64,000 nt of DNA from an uncultured Bacteriovoracaceae bacterium (GCA_964012805.1 CAXGUD010000021.1:11572-75571), one strand, 5' to 3'; counted from the stretch's first letter, positions 19,841 to 30,454 are shown. Notes: generated by a model not told the origin, from the letters alone. Numbers and translations are program-made.

Positions 19841-22462
19841 TCATTTTTCTGGTATTGTTATTTGAAATTTTGTCCCTTTTGAGACAGTGGAAGAAACTTT
19901 AATTTGTCCTCCCATTTTTAGTATCATATCCTTAACGGCATCCATTCCCACACCTCGACCGCTAATCTCAGAAACACCCTCTTTCGTGCTAAGAGAAGGT
20001 AAAAAGATAAGGTTTAATTTATCTGCCTCTTTCATATTTTCGTCTTTTATGGCTCCTATCTCTAAAGCCTTTTTATAAAGCTTTCCAGAATCAATGCCGC
20101 TCCCATCATCCTCAATATCTATTTTTAAGAAGCGTCGATTTTTTTCATTTTCTTTTGAACAAGTAATAACTAAACTTCCTGATTCTTGCTTTCCTCTTTT
20201 CTTTCTTTCTGCGGGCGCTTCGATACCATGATCCAATGAATTCCTCACAATATGAGTGAGAACCCCTCTTAGGTCCTGGGCCTTTTTTGTATCAATTAAA
20301 TCATCATCTCCATTTACAATCAAAGAGACTTTTTTCCCTAAATCTTCCGACATCTCTTCTATATTTTCCTGGAATGATTTCATTAAGGACAAGAGAGATT
20401 CATTATTAATTCTTTCAAATACCTTTTCGAAATTATCTTTATCAAGTTTCCCTTTTTCTTGAAGATTCCAAATTTCTTTTTTAACCCAAGTAATGTTTTC
20501 GGTAGGAACGCCCTCTTCGATTGATTGATTTAATTTTTCACTATAAATTTTTATATTTTTTAGAATTTCGTCTAACTCTTTTTTAATTTCCAAAGTCGAA
20601 TTAGTTATACTAACTTTGACATCTGGCTTTTCAAGCACACCAGCAACCTTATTTTCTTTAATTTTTTCTAAAACGGAATCTATCTTCCCAAAAACCTCAT
20701 TTTCATTTATTGCCAAACAAAACTTTGAAAAATTAGTAAATTCATCTTCCAAAAAGTTGATATAACCTAGCCAATTGTCTGTTTCATCAAAATTATTAAA
20801 TTTTTCGTATTTTTGTCCCATATCTTTTAAAATGTCACTATTTACATTAAATCCCATTCTTAGTTGTTCGTTTATAACTCGAACATATCTAAATAATGTT
20901 CCATGGACTTTATGAAGTTCTTTTTCCAATTTTAAAATAAATTTTTTATTATAAACAATTTCTTTATGGATTACCCCCGACACATCATCTTCTAGTTTGT
21001 GGACTATATCTCTTATTGTTTTTAAATTTCTAGATCCCCCCTTAATAGTATGTAAATTCCTGAAGATATAGTTCAGATGAGGAAGGTACTCTTCTCTCTT
21101 TTCTAATTTCCAATTTTTTCTCAGAATATTCATGCATTCGATTATTAACCCAAAGTTTTGATTCATAACCTTAAACAAATCTTTCCTTGTTCCGAAATCG
21201 ATCGCTTCCTGCATAATCTTTAATTGTTCATCTTTTTTCGATAGCTCTTCTTCTTTTCTTACTTTTTCGGTTACATCCTCAACAACATAGAGAATATATT
21301 CTAATTCCTCTTCATCATTGTAAATGGGATCATGAACAGAATGAATAATTCTTTTCCTATCATTAATAGTTAAACTTAAAACCTCGGGAAGAATATGGCC
21401 TACAGCAAACCACTGAATTTGATCTTCTCCAAAGCTTACATTAAATACGGAACAAATTTCACTATAGAGGATGCTTTTTTTGTCTATATCTCTATAAATT
21501 ATATCCATTACATTTTTGCCTAAAATATCCTCACCAAATACATCTTTTGTAAAATCAGATACAGGTCCCACGATTTGTTGATTCTCATTAACTTTAAATA
21601 CAGCTTGAGACATATTGTGGAGTAGTTTCGTTACGTTATTTTTTTCTTGATTCAATTCCATTGTTCTTTCATCTACAATGGACTCTAGGTTTTCAGCATA
21701 ATCTTTTAGCTTGGCATGTGCACTTTTTAAATTTCCTTTCATATCATTAAAGGAATCTGTTAAATCTTGTAATTCATCATTCTTGTTACCTCTCATTCGA
21801 TCTAGCTCTAAATCAGGCCCTGATAAATCGTTTAAATCAATCCTTTCTGCATAGACTGCCATTGCTTTAATATGCTTGGCCACCAGAAAACGAAAAATAA
21901 GAAAGATAGAAATCGCTAAAAATAAAACCTGAGACATTTGAATAATTACAAAATTTATTATTTGCTTCTTAATTTTATCCTTTGCAAGTTGTAGCGTGGA
22001 GTAAAGAAAAAGGTGTCCTACAAACTCACCTTCTTTATCGTTTGAATCTTCTTCAAAATAAACTATTTTTATCTTTTTACTAGGACCTAAACTTCTTCTT
22101 TCTTTCTTACTCATATTTTTTAAGGATTCTTTAACAATGTTATAAGTGTCCTCGGTTTCATCCTCAAGTCTTACTTCTACCTCGACAACACCTTCGACAT
22201 TTAAAATCCCTTGTAAAGTCTGATTTATTTGGTCTTCATCTTCTGTGTAGATAGACATTGAAAGTGTTTTGATCAAGCCAGTTGTAACGTCAGTCATTGT
22301 ATCTTCAACTCGCTTCATTTCTTTTTGATAATCTTGTGTGATGATAACTGACGAAGTTATTGAGGCGACAAAAACAGTAACGAATAAAATAAAAAAAATC
22401 ATCTTGGTTGCTATTGATGATTTATTCTTATCATTCCTCATTTCCTTATCCTTCATCAACAA
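19841..22462 (-). CDS. Membrane sensor kinase HK-C: 2TM periplasmic sensor + HAMP + PAS-like + Hpt + CheA-type HATPase
   Basis: Two TM helices, HAMP (DELQDLTDSFNDM), FRNLHTIKG, HIVRNSLDHGIE, ISGRGVGMD; no CheW domain. Confidence 0.88.
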   Translation of the reverse strand: MLMKDKEMRNDKNKSSIATKMIFFILFVTVFVASITSSVIITQDYQKEMKRVEDTMTDVTTGLIKTLSMSIYTEDEDQINQTLQGILNVEGVVEVEVRLEDETEDTYNIVKESLKNMSKKERRSLGPSKKIKIVYFEEDSNDKEGEFVGHLFLYSTLQLAKDKIKKQIINFVIIQMSQVLFLAISIFLIFRFLVAKHIKAMAVYAERIDLNDLSGPDLELDRMRGNKNDELQDLTDSFNDMKGNLKSAHAKLKDYAENLESIVDERTMELNQEKNNVTKLLHNMSQAVFKVNENQQIVGPVSDFTKDVFGEDILGKNVMDIIYRDIDKKSILYSEICSVFNVSFGEDQIQWFAVGHILPEVLSLTINDRKRIIHSVHDPIYNDEEELEYILYVVEDVTEKVRKEEELSKKDEQLKIMQEAIDFGTRKDLFKVMNQNFGLIIECMNILRKNWKLEKREEYLPHLNYIFRNLHTIKGGSRNLKTIRDIVHKLEDDVSGVIHKEIVYNKKFILKLEKELHKVHGTLFRYVRVINEQLRMGFNVNSDILKDMGQKYEKFNNFDETDNWLGYINFLEDEFTNFSKFCLAINENEVFGKIDSVLEKIKENKVAGVLEKPDVKVSITNSTLEIKKELDEILKNIKIYSEKLNQSIEEGVPTENITWVKKEIWNLQEKGKLDKDNFEKVFERINNESLLSLMKSFQENIEEMSEDLGKKVSLIVNGDDDLIDTKKAQDLRGVLTHIVRNSLDHGIEAPAERKKRGKQESGSLVITCSKENEKNRRFLKIDIEDDGSGIDSGKLYKKALEIGAIKDENMKEADKLNLIFLPSLSTKEGVSEISGRGVGMDAVKDMILKMGGQIKVSSTVSKGTKFQITIPEK

Positions 22463-22865
22463 AAAAAATTTTAAAATCTAGTTATTAATTGATTCTTTTT
22501 ATGAGATCATATTTTATCAAACCCCTTTTTTTTTTTACCTTTTTTTTAAAAAGTTCTTTTTAATAACTTGAAAAAATCTATTTTTTCAAAAAAGAAATTA
22601 TTTAAAGTGACTATTCTGAGAAGAGCTTGTCTGGGAGTTCGTACGCTTTAAAATTATTTTCTAGTTAAAATAATTTAACTTTACTTTTTAAATATATAAA
22701 ATTTGTTTAAGCAGCTAAAGAAAAGAGAATTAGAATAATTTAGAAATACGCCTTTTCTAATTTTTTTTGACTTAAAAAAAAGTAGCAAAATAAAAAGGCA
22801 TATCAAGATAAAAAACCAACCATTACCGAAAAATAATTTTAAGGAACAATTAGTTTACCCTCTTT

Positions 22866-23186
22866 TTATTGGAGTTCCTCCAAATTTAATTCAAGCTTTT
22901 CACCCAACCAAATAGCGTGTTCAGTATGGTCTAAAAAATCATTCCCAGTCACTGGGTGAATAAAGACAGTTAATCCTTTCCTATTTTCTAAAAGCCAAAT
23001 CATCATATTTGTTAATTGGTCTTTTGAAAACAAAAGCTGACAACTCCATTTTGGGTGGGGTCCGATAGGTTTTTCATGCATTCTACCAACGACGACGCCA
23101 TCTTGGTTGTAAGCCTTTTTTACTAACTTTTGGGCATTTCCGAAAGTTTCTTTTTCGTAATATATGTGGGCATGAAATTTTTCCAT
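22866..23186 (-). CDS. DOPA 4,5-dioxygenase family protein
   Basis: FHAHIYY, PIGPHP, VFIHP, DHTEHAIWLG motifs. Confidence 0.9.
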   Translation of the reverse strand: MEKFHAHIYYEKETFGNAQKLVKKAYNQDGVVVGRMHEKPIGPHPKWSCQLLFSKDQLTNMMIWLLENRKGLTVFIHPVTGNDFLDHTEHAIWLGEKLELNLEELQ

Positions 23187-23224
23187 TCTAGTTCCTCCCG
23201 ATAAAATAGTTATTAATCATTTTT

Positions 23225-24826
23225 TTAAAAATCTTTAGAAACTAAATTTATGGCCTGCTTTACCAACCTCCTTGTATGCTTTGCTTTTAATGGAGAAGAT
23301 AAAAAACGGTTCAGAGAGGAATAAAGCTCACATTTATCTTTCCCACTTAAAAATTGTCCTTCTTCAAAGATGGCCTTGGATGTCTTTAAAAGGTGAGCAC
23401 TATAAATTGGAAGGGCCATACCATGGTCCAAAATTTTATCCAAGACACCTCTTTCGAAAGTATCTGGGTCTTTTACCACAAACGGTGATTGATCAGTAAA
23501 CTGATCAGTAAAAAAAGTATTTCTACCATAAAAACAACTCATTTGAAGCAGTCCTCTTCCCCAAAATTCAGGAAATTTTGAACAAAGGGCCCTCACAGCA
23601 TTAGAAAAGGTTAGAGCGTGAGTAAAATCTAGCCATCCCACATTTTGGGTTACCGGATTATTTGTAGCATCCTGAAACTTTAAATCATAAGTCATCATGT
23701 TATAGGCCTGGGCCAATAATAAACGTCTATAAAGCTTCTCTTCTGAATACACTTTTGAATTTTCCAAAACCCAATTTAAGGCCCCTTTAACACGTTGGCC
23801 CTTTAAACCTGAAAAGGATACTTCTTCTTCCTTTCTCCCGAAAGATTGCTTGTTCATTTCAAGAAGGGTTGTTTGGTAGTCATTAAACTCAGGAATCAAA
23901 TCTTCTCTTGTGGTATTAATCAAACTTCTGGTTAAGGCCTTAAAAAGGCACGCATCGACTTCAGGGTCTTTAAGTGATGAAGATAAAGTTGACGCCTTAT
24001 AAACATAAATTAAAGAATGGCCAAAATCATTATAATGGGCCAGCGCCGCTTCAGTAAAATTTTTTTCTAAGTCTTTAAAAGTCAGGCCCTCCTTAATGGC
24101 CCCATTAATTAAAGAAATCGCCGTTTTTTCATCTTCTTTTTCAATAGCATTTATAAACTGCCCTTCATTAAAAGGAATTTCTTCATCGTGAAAGGGGTAT
24201 TTTTTATGTCTTAAAGCATCGTAAGCTATATGGTCTATTGTCTCTGTTAAATAAATGATTCTTTTTTCCCTTTCTTTGGTCTGGGTGGGGTCTACCTCCA
24301 TGTAGAGGGAAACCCAATCAGCACAAGCGGCGTAAGCATGGGTCATCCCATATTCAAACTTATCATAACTCCAAAAGATGGCCTTTTTTAAAGCACATAT
24401 TGGGTCTATTTCATTAAAATCAAGTCTTGTTATTTCTCTTGCCAGCCGACCGTATTGCCTTTTTTCAAAAGCGACTTGAAAACCTTTTAAAATGGAATCC
24501 CTCACCATATCTTTTGAAGGCCCACTTACATCCACATGAATTTTATCCTTAATTATATGAACTGGGTAAGTTTGAACATTGTCCCCGCCTAAAGTACACT
24601 CTCCAGTTTCAAGGTCAAATTTCCAATTATGCCAATTACAGGTTAGAACGCAAGAGTCATTAAAACTACCTTCACTCAGAGGATAACCTTCGTGTGGGCA
24701 CCTATTATCTAAGGCAAAAATACGGTCCTTAACACCAACAAGAAGAACTTGCTTTTTGCCGGCCTTAAAAACCATATTTTTGTTTTTTTGATTAAATTTT
24801 TCTATTTCGACAATGTATTCTTTCAC
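23225..24826 (-). CDS. Rieske [2Fe-2S] domain fused to a His-rich helical domain
   Basis: CPHEG...CNWH Rieske ligands; long helical C-terminal part with THAY, GHSLIY, FTHALTF, AHLLK. Confidence 0.8.
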   Translation of the reverse strand: MKEYIVEIEKFNQKNKNMVFKAGKKQVLLVGVKDRIFALDNRCPHEGYPLSEGSFNDSCVLTCNWHNWKFDLETGECTLGGDNVQTYPVHIIKDKIHVDVSGPSKDMVRDSILKGFQVAFEKRQYGRLAREITRLDFNEIDPICALKKAIFWSYDKFEYGMTHAYAACADWVSLYMEVDPTQTKEREKRIIYLTETIDHIAYDALRHKKYPFHDEEIPFNEGQFINAIEKEDEKTAISLINGAIKEGLTFKDLEKNFTEAALAHYNDFGHSLIYVYKASTLSSSLKDPEVDACLFKALTRSLINTTREDLIPEFNDYQTTLLEMNKQSFGRKEEEVSFSGLKGQRVKGALNWVLENSKVYSEEKLYRRLLLAQAYNMMTYDLKFQDATNNPVTQNVGWLDFTHALTFSNAVRALCSKFPEFWGRGLLQMSCFYGRNTFFTDQFTDQSPFVVKDPDTFERGVLDKILDHGMALPIYSAHLLKTSKAIFEEGQFLSGKDKCELYSSLNRFLSSPLKAKHTRRLVKQAINLVSKDF

Positions 24827-24912
24827 GACTGCCTCCCTAAAATCGTTAAACGATAGAGGTATTTAAAAATAACCCTGCCAATTTTTAAACATTTTTGCTA
24901 ATATACCAACAT

Positions 24913-25473
24913 ATGGACAATCTGTTATCAAAAAAACCGGAAAACCTCGCCCAGAACCTCCTTTTACTACGAAAGAAAAGGAAGTTCACGCAAGAAAAGT
25001 TATCAAGCATCGCCCAAATTCCACGCTCAACCCTCACTCACATGGAATCAGGCTCGGGAAACCCCTCCCTTCAAAACCTTGTCAAAGTGGCCCATGCCCT
25101 TAGTATAACACTAGAGGAGCTTTTGGCGCCCCCCAAAAGTGAGTGCCAACTTATTAAAGAAAAAGACCTCCCACGAATAAAAAGGGCCAAAGGAGAGGCC
25201 ATTATTTACAAATTGCTTGTCTCCCCCCTTCCTGGAACAGAAATAGACAAAATGGAATTGGCCCCTGGTACCTCTATCAAAGGTATTCCTCATATTGAAG
25301 GTACGAAGGAGTACTTCTCCTGCTTTCAAGGTCGCTTTAAACTAAAAGTTTCAGGCGAAACCTTTTTTTTAAATAAGGGGGACGTTTTCATATTTCCCGG
25401 TGATCAAAACCATTCCTACATTAATGAAGGGCCTGGCGTGGCCATTGGGTTTAGTGTTGTTTCACTTGCCTAA
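24913..25473 (+). CDS. XRE-family HTH regulator with cupin domain
   Basis: TQEKLS..IPRSTLTHMESGSGNPSL HTH; PH..GTKE and FPGDQNHSYIN cupin; divergent from the Rieske gene. Confidence 0.9.
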   Translation: MDNLLSKKPENLAQNLLLLRKKRKFTQEKLSSIAQIPRSTLTHMESGSGNPSLQNLVKVAHALSITLEELLAPPKSECQLIKEKDLPRIKRAKGEAIIYKLLVSPLPGTEIDKMELAPGTSIKGIPHIEGTKEYFSCFQGRFKLKVSGETFFLNKGDVFIFPGDQNHSYINEGPGVAIGFSVVSLA

Positions 25474-25638
25474 AGATAAATGAAATAATAAATATGTACG
25501 GAAAAACCAGAAGCAAACAAGGTTTTTTGATATTAAATGGTAACTCTTTAATCAAACATAAAGTGGACAAGATAGCTAAAGAGCTCCCTTTCGAAAACCG
25601 AAAAAATAGGAAATAATCAGCTATTTTTTTGGTATAAA

Positions 25639-28281
25639 ATGATCAAGTTTATCCTTTTTTTCTTAACACTTTTTTCAATATCTAGGCTTTTATTGGCTCA
25701 AGCTCCCCCTCTCATTTTAGTCGATGGAAAGAAGTTTTATGAAATTGGGCTTAACATCGATATTTTGGAAGACCCTACGGGAAAGTTGACGATTGATGAT
25801 ATTAATAGTCCTAAATGGGCGAGTAAGTTTAAAAGGTGTAAAGATAAGGTTCCTAATTTTGGTTTTTCAAAATCAACATTTTGGGCAAGAGTAAAAATTA
25901 AAAATAAAACCAGTGATCAGAGAGTCTGGGTCCTTTCTCAAAATTACAACCGCCAAAACTATGTTACCCTTTATAAAAAGGTTAATGAGAGTTGGGAATC
26001 TTTCTCTACAGGGGATCTCACTCCCTTTAAAACGAGGGAAATTCAAGGGAGAGAATTTAGTTTTAAAATAAAACCGAAAGAAAATACTCTTTACTTTATA
26101 AGAATCAAGGGCTCCTATAGTAAACTCCATTTAACCATTTCCTCTCTCCAATCTTTGATGCAAAAGAAGACCATTGATAATTTGATTTCAGGACTCTTTT
26201 TTGGTCTTGTCATCTCTGTAGCGCTTTATAATTTATTCATTTTTCTTTCAACAAAAAGCTTAAGTTATCTTTTTTACATCCTCTACGTCGTTTTTTGGGG
26301 AATTTTCCTATTTATAAAACAAGGACTTTCCCAAAGATTTTTAGCACCCGACTCCCTATGGATCTCAAACAAAGGCATAGTCTTTTTTGGCGCTTTTGGG
26401 TTATTTTTTTTGGTGCTTTTTACAATAAGCTTTTTAAGGCTAAAGGAATCTACGCCTAAACTTTATAGAGGATGCCAATGCCTTGCCTTCCTCTACTTTT
26501 TATTAATTACAGGAAGTTTTATTTTCGCTTACACTTTGAGTGCAAAACTCTTCATGTTCACTACTTCCTTTTTAGGTATCCCCTTGATCACTTTTTGCGG
26601 AATCTATAGAGTAAAAATGGATTACCGCCCTGCAAAGTATTTTCTCTTTGCTTTTTCCTCTGTCTTTTTGGGGGGGATAGTTGCAATCTTAATGACATTT
26701 GGACTTCTTCCAACCAATATTTTAACGAATCAAGCTATCTCTATTGGTGTCGCCCTTGAATTGACCATCCTCTCTATGGGTCTCGCTGATAGGTTCAACC
26801 TTATCCAAGAAGAAAATTTAAAACTTCAAAAAAACTACGCTAAAGACCTTGAAAGTGAGGTTGATCAAAAAACCAAAAAGATAAAAAGCCTTGTTGAAAA
26901 TTTAGGTCAGGGCTTTATGGTTATGGATAAAAAAGGCATTATTCTAGAAGGCGCTACACAAATTACGAAAGACTTCTTTTCTATAGACTCCGTTGGAAAA
27001 AACCTTTCTAGAGTTTTAAAGCTTGATGAAGAAAAAACTGACACCTTCAATAAATGGATTCAAAATGTCTACAGAGGTATTTTACCCTTTAAAGACTTGG
27101 AAATGTTAGGCCCCCAATCATTTAACTTAGACAATCGCCATATAGACCTAAATTACAGACCCATTTACGTTGAAGGGTCAAAAAGAAAAATTGATAAGGT
27201 TATTTGTATTGCCACTGATAAAACCCAAGAAATAAATCTTGAAAAACAGCTGGAATTAGATAAGCAACAAGCTTTCTTCATAAAGAATTGCCTTCAAAAT
27301 CCTGTTGAGTTTATTGATTTAATGGATGACACCTATGATCTTTTAGAACATTATCCAAGAACAAAAAATAATGAAAACGGAGGTCTTTTTAGACATTTCC
27401 ACACTCTTAAAGCGCGCTACGGTCAATTTGGAGTTAAGGACCTCACTTACTATCTTAACGAGGTAGAAACGGCTTTATCGAAAAAAAAACTTGATAGCTT
27501 AGATTCCAAAGTTAATCATTTTAAAAGAGAACTTGAAGAGTTTGTAAAAGAGAACAGACTTATTATTGAAGCTGCCAATAAGTTTATGATTGATGACGGT
27601 ACAGCTGTTGAAGTCTCAGAAATTTTAAAAGTGCTCGGCCGCCTCAAAACAAAACATAGAAAAAATCCTGCCCCCGCAATAGGTGAAGCCTTTTCTTATT
27701 TTTATGAAAATAGCTACCTTAAAGACATTAAAAGTAAATTTGATCGGTACAGGTATCTAATTAACGAATTAGCTGAAAAACAAGGTAAGGGTATAGACCT
27801 TAGTATTGGTGGTGATGAAATTAAAGTTGACATTAATAAATATTCTAGCTTTATAAATAGCTCCATCCACCTCTTTAGAAATATGGTCGATCACGGTATT
27901 GAAACTGAAGAAGAGAGAATAGAAAAAACAAAGCCTCAAAGAGGTCGTATAAAGGTAGACTTTAACAATAACGGCGACACCTTTATGATTCAAATGGTAG
28001 ACGATGGTGGTGGAATTGATCCTGAGAGGATAAAAAATAAAGTTCCCGAAGCGGGCCTAAAGTCTGAAGAAGACCTCAAAGAATTAAAAGAATCTGACAT
28101 CGTTGATTTAATTTTTCTTCCTGGTTTTTCAACGAAGGAAGAAGTCACGGATGTCTCAGGTCGAGGAGTAGGAATGGATGCTGTTAGAGAAGAAGTGGAA
28201 AGGCTTGGTGGGAGCATTTCGGTAACCTCTAAAATTGATGAGGGAACGACTTTTATGATTCAATTACCGGTTTTAAGCTAG
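25639..28281 (+). CDS. Membrane sensor kinase HK-D: 7TMR-DISM extracellular + 7TM + PAS-like + Hpt + CheA-type HATPase
   Basis: LEDPTGKLTI, NFGFSKSTFWAR, ALYNLFIF..SYLFY, LSMGLADR, FRHFHTLKA, HLFRNMVDHGIE, VSGRGVGMD. Confidence 0.9.
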   Translation: MIKFILFFLTLFSISRLLLAQAPPLILVDGKKFYEIGLNIDILEDPTGKLTIDDINSPKWASKFKRCKDKVPNFGFSKSTFWARVKIKNKTSDQRVWVLSQNYNRQNYVTLYKKVNESWESFSTGDLTPFKTREIQGREFSFKIKPKENTLYFIRIKGSYSKLHLTISSLQSLMQKKTIDNLISGLFFGLVISVALYNLFIFLSTKSLSYLFYILYVVFWGIFLFIKQGLSQRFLAPDSLWISNKGIVFFGAFGLFFLVLFTISFLRLKESTPKLYRGCQCLAFLYFLLITGSFIFAYTLSAKLFMFTTSFLGIPLITFCGIYRVKMDYRPAKYFLFAFSSVFLGGIVAILMTFGLLPTNILTNQAISIGVALELTILSMGLADRFNLIQEENLKLQKNYAKDLESEVDQKTKKIKSLVENLGQGFMVMDKKGIILEGATQITKDFFSIDSVGKNLSRVLKLDEEKTDTFNKWIQNVYRGILPFKDLEMLGPQSFNLDNRHIDLNYRPIYVEGSKRKIDKVICIATDKTQEINLEKQLELDKQQAFFIKNCLQNPVEFIDLMDDTYDLLEHYPRTKNNENGGLFRHFHTLKARYGQFGVKDLTYYLNEVETALSKKKLDSLDSKVNHFKRELEEFVKENRLIIEAANKFMIDDGTAVEVSEILKVLGRLKTKHRKNPAPAIGEAFSYFYENSYLKDIKSKFDRYRYLINELAEKQGKGIDLSIGGDEIKVDINKYSSFINSSIHLFRNMVDHGIETEEERIEKTKPQRGRIKVDFNNNGDTFMIQMVDDGGGIDPERIKNKVPEAGLKSEEDLKELKESDIVDLIFLPGFSTKEEVTDVSGRGVGMDAVREEVERLGGSISVTSKIDEGTTFMIQLPVLS

Positions 28282-28296
28282 AAGGATTCAAACAAT

Positions 28297-29181
28297 ATGC
28301 TTAAGAAGGCCAATGAATTTTTGTGGAAGATTTTTGTTTTTATTTTTGAAATGATCCTCCTCCCCCTTCCCTTTTTTCAAAAAGTTTGGTGGAAGTTTTG
28401 GTATAACTGGTTATCAAAAGATAAGGACCGAGAAAAAGACTTTCTTTTAATGAATTATGGGCACCATGAAATAGATGCGGTCGAAGAAAAGAAAAGAGAA
28501 GAATCCTATTTAAAGAAAAAAAGATCTTTTTTTACAACTGACAATTCTGCCATGGCCCGTCTTTATTTTTACCTTTGCGAAGAGTTTCCTTCTAGCTTTG
28601 AGGGTAAAAATATTGTGGAAGTAGGCTCCGGAAGAGGTGGTGGGGCCCGTTTTATTTCTGAAAACTATCCTCTTAGAAGTTTTATCGGACTTGATTTAAG
28701 TTCAAAAAGCATTGAATTTTGTAATGATGTTCACGAGAATGCTCCTCATTTATCTTTTAAAAAAGGAGATGCTGAAAATTTACCCTTACCGAATGCTTCT
28801 GTTGATATTGTTTTAAACGTCGAATCATCTCACTGCTATCCACACTTTGAAAAATTTATTGAAGAAGTTACTCGCGTTCTAAAAAAAGGGGGTCACTTTA
28901 TTTTTGCTGATTTTCGTCCTCCAGAAAAAACCCATGAGCTAGAAGAGCTCTTTTTAAAAAAAGGTTTAAAACTGGTTTCCAAAAATGACATCACAAAAAA
29001 TGTTTTAATGGCCCTTGACTACGATAGCGACCAAAGGGTTTCATTTATTAAAAGGTTTACACCAAAATTTATGTTTCCTGTTATGAAAATTTTTTCAGGC
29101 GTGAAAGGAACTCTTATCTACAAGAAATTTCAAGATAAAGATCTTTGCTATTTTTATTATGTATTGTCTAAGGATTCTTAA
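28297..29181 (+). CDS. Class I SAM-dependent methyltransferase (fatty-acid/phthiotriol O-methyltransferase-like)
   Basis: LMNYG, VEVGSGRGGG, GDAENLP, NVESSHCY, FADFR. Confidence 0.88.
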   Translation: MLKKANEFLWKIFVFIFEMILLPLPFFQKVWWKFWYNWLSKDKDREKDFLLMNYGHHEIDAVEEKKREESYLKKKRSFFTTDNSAMARLYFYLCEEFPSSFEGKNIVEVGSGRGGGARFISENYPLRSFIGLDLSSKSIEFCNDVHENAPHLSFKKGDAENLPLPNASVDIVLNVESSHCYPHFEKFIEEVTRVLKKGGHFIFADFRPPEKTHELEELFLKKGLKLVSKNDITKNVLMALDYDSDQRVSFIKRFTPKFMFPVMKIFSGVKGTLIYKKFQDKDLCYFYYVLSKDS

Positions 29182-29319
29182 AATAGGACCATTTTTAATT
29201 ACAAAAAGAAATAATTATCACCTATTTCAAATAAAATAAATTAAATTAAAGTATATTATAAGAATTAGGTTATAATTTAGACTTTATTAAACAATTTAAA
29301 TTAAAAAGAGAAAGTTAAT

Positions 29320-29700
29320 TTGATAAATATACTTGTCGTAGATGACTCATTAACGATTCGAATTAAGTTTAAAGACTACCTAAGTGACCATGGCTTTAAT
29401 GTTCATGAGGCGTCGAATGGAATGGAGGCTTTGGAACTACTTAAGCGAAACTCTGAAATAAAACTTATTATATCGGATTTGAATATGCCTGTTATGGACG
29501 GAATGACTTTCATTGAATTTGTCAGGCAAGCTGAAAACGGGAAAGATATACCCATTATGATTTACTCCACAGAGCTTGATAAAAAATTGAAAGAAGATGC
29601 GAAAAAGCTTGGTGTTAATGCCTGGGTTTCAAAACCACTTGATCAAAGTAAAATATTAACAGCGATTAAAGGCCTTTTAGAGAAAAAGAGCAAAAGTTAA
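29320..29700 (+). CDS. Stand-alone receiver (CheY-like)
   Basis: ILVVDDS, SDLNMPVMDG, YSTE, WVSKP. Confidence 0.92.
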   Translation: MINILVVDDSLTIRIKFKDYLSDHGFNVHEASNGMEALELLKRNSEIKLIISDLNMPVMDGMTFIEFVRQAENGKDIPIMIYSTELDKKLKEDAKKLGVNAWVSKPLDQSKILTAIKGLLEKKSKS

Positions 29701-29730
29701 GCTGATCCAATTTAACTCCCTTATTTCTCG

Positions 29731-30330
29731 CTACTTAGAAAGTCTTTCAAAAACTAAAAGTCTATTGTTACTAGGCATTTCATGATCCTTTAAAAGCTTA
29801 AAGCCGAAACTCTTCATTGCATTAACAACATCTTCAAAATTTCTTATTCCAGAACGAGGATCTCGTTCCTTTAGACTTCTATCAAACTCCTCATTACCTT
29901 GTGATGTATATTTTCCTTCTTTATTAAATGGGCCATAAAAAAAAGTTAATGAACCTTCTCGAAGCCTTTTTCCCAGTAATTTAAAGAGAGTCTTACTCTC
30001 CTTCCAGGACATTATATGCAATGTATTTGCAGTGAAAACATAATCGAAAGGTTTTTTTGGAAAATCATCCGTTCCAATTTTTAACTCTTCAGGACCTTTG
30101 ATATTTTTTAGATTGGCTTCATTAATCCATTCTTTTATTCCTGCAAGGTTTTCCCTTACATCCGTTGTAACCCATGTGAGGCCAGGAAACTTTTCAGCAA
30201 AGAAGACTGCATGTTGCCCAGTGCCACTTCCAATTTCCAATAAATTGTTACCATCCATCAAATATTCTTTTAGTACTTCAAATATCGGACCTTTGTTTCT
30301 ATCAACTGCTGGGGAATAGGGCCTATCCAT
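29731..30330 (-). CDS. DUF938-family methyltransferase-like protein
   Basis: RNKGPI, LEIGSGTGQHA, ANTLHIMSW, YGPF, MPSNN. Confidence 0.9.
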   Translation of the reverse strand: MDRPYSPAVDRNKGPIFEVLKEYLMDGNNLLEIGSGTGQHAVFFAEKFPGLTWVTTDVRENLAGIKEWINEANLKNIKGPEELKIGTDDFPKKPFDYVFTANTLHIMSWKESKTLFKLLGKRLREGSLTFFYGPFNKEGKYTSQGNEEFDRSLKERDPRSGIRNFEDVVNAMKSFGFKLLKDHEMPSNNRLLVFERLSK

Positions 30331-30428
30331 GAATTCAACCTTTTCTTATCCGGGTTTTATTATCGACTATACACGAGATATTTGGATAAAGTGATGTTTT
30401 AAACCTTTTAAAAACCTTTTTGCAATAA

Positions 30429-30454
30429 AAAGTTGCCTTTTTCAAGGCAACTTT
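30429..30454. promoter_or_regulatory. Perfect 11-bp inverted repeat between divergent genes (candidate operator)
   Basis: aaagttgcctt-tttc-aaggcaacttt between the DUF938 and acyl-CoA synthetase starts. Confidence 0.45.
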
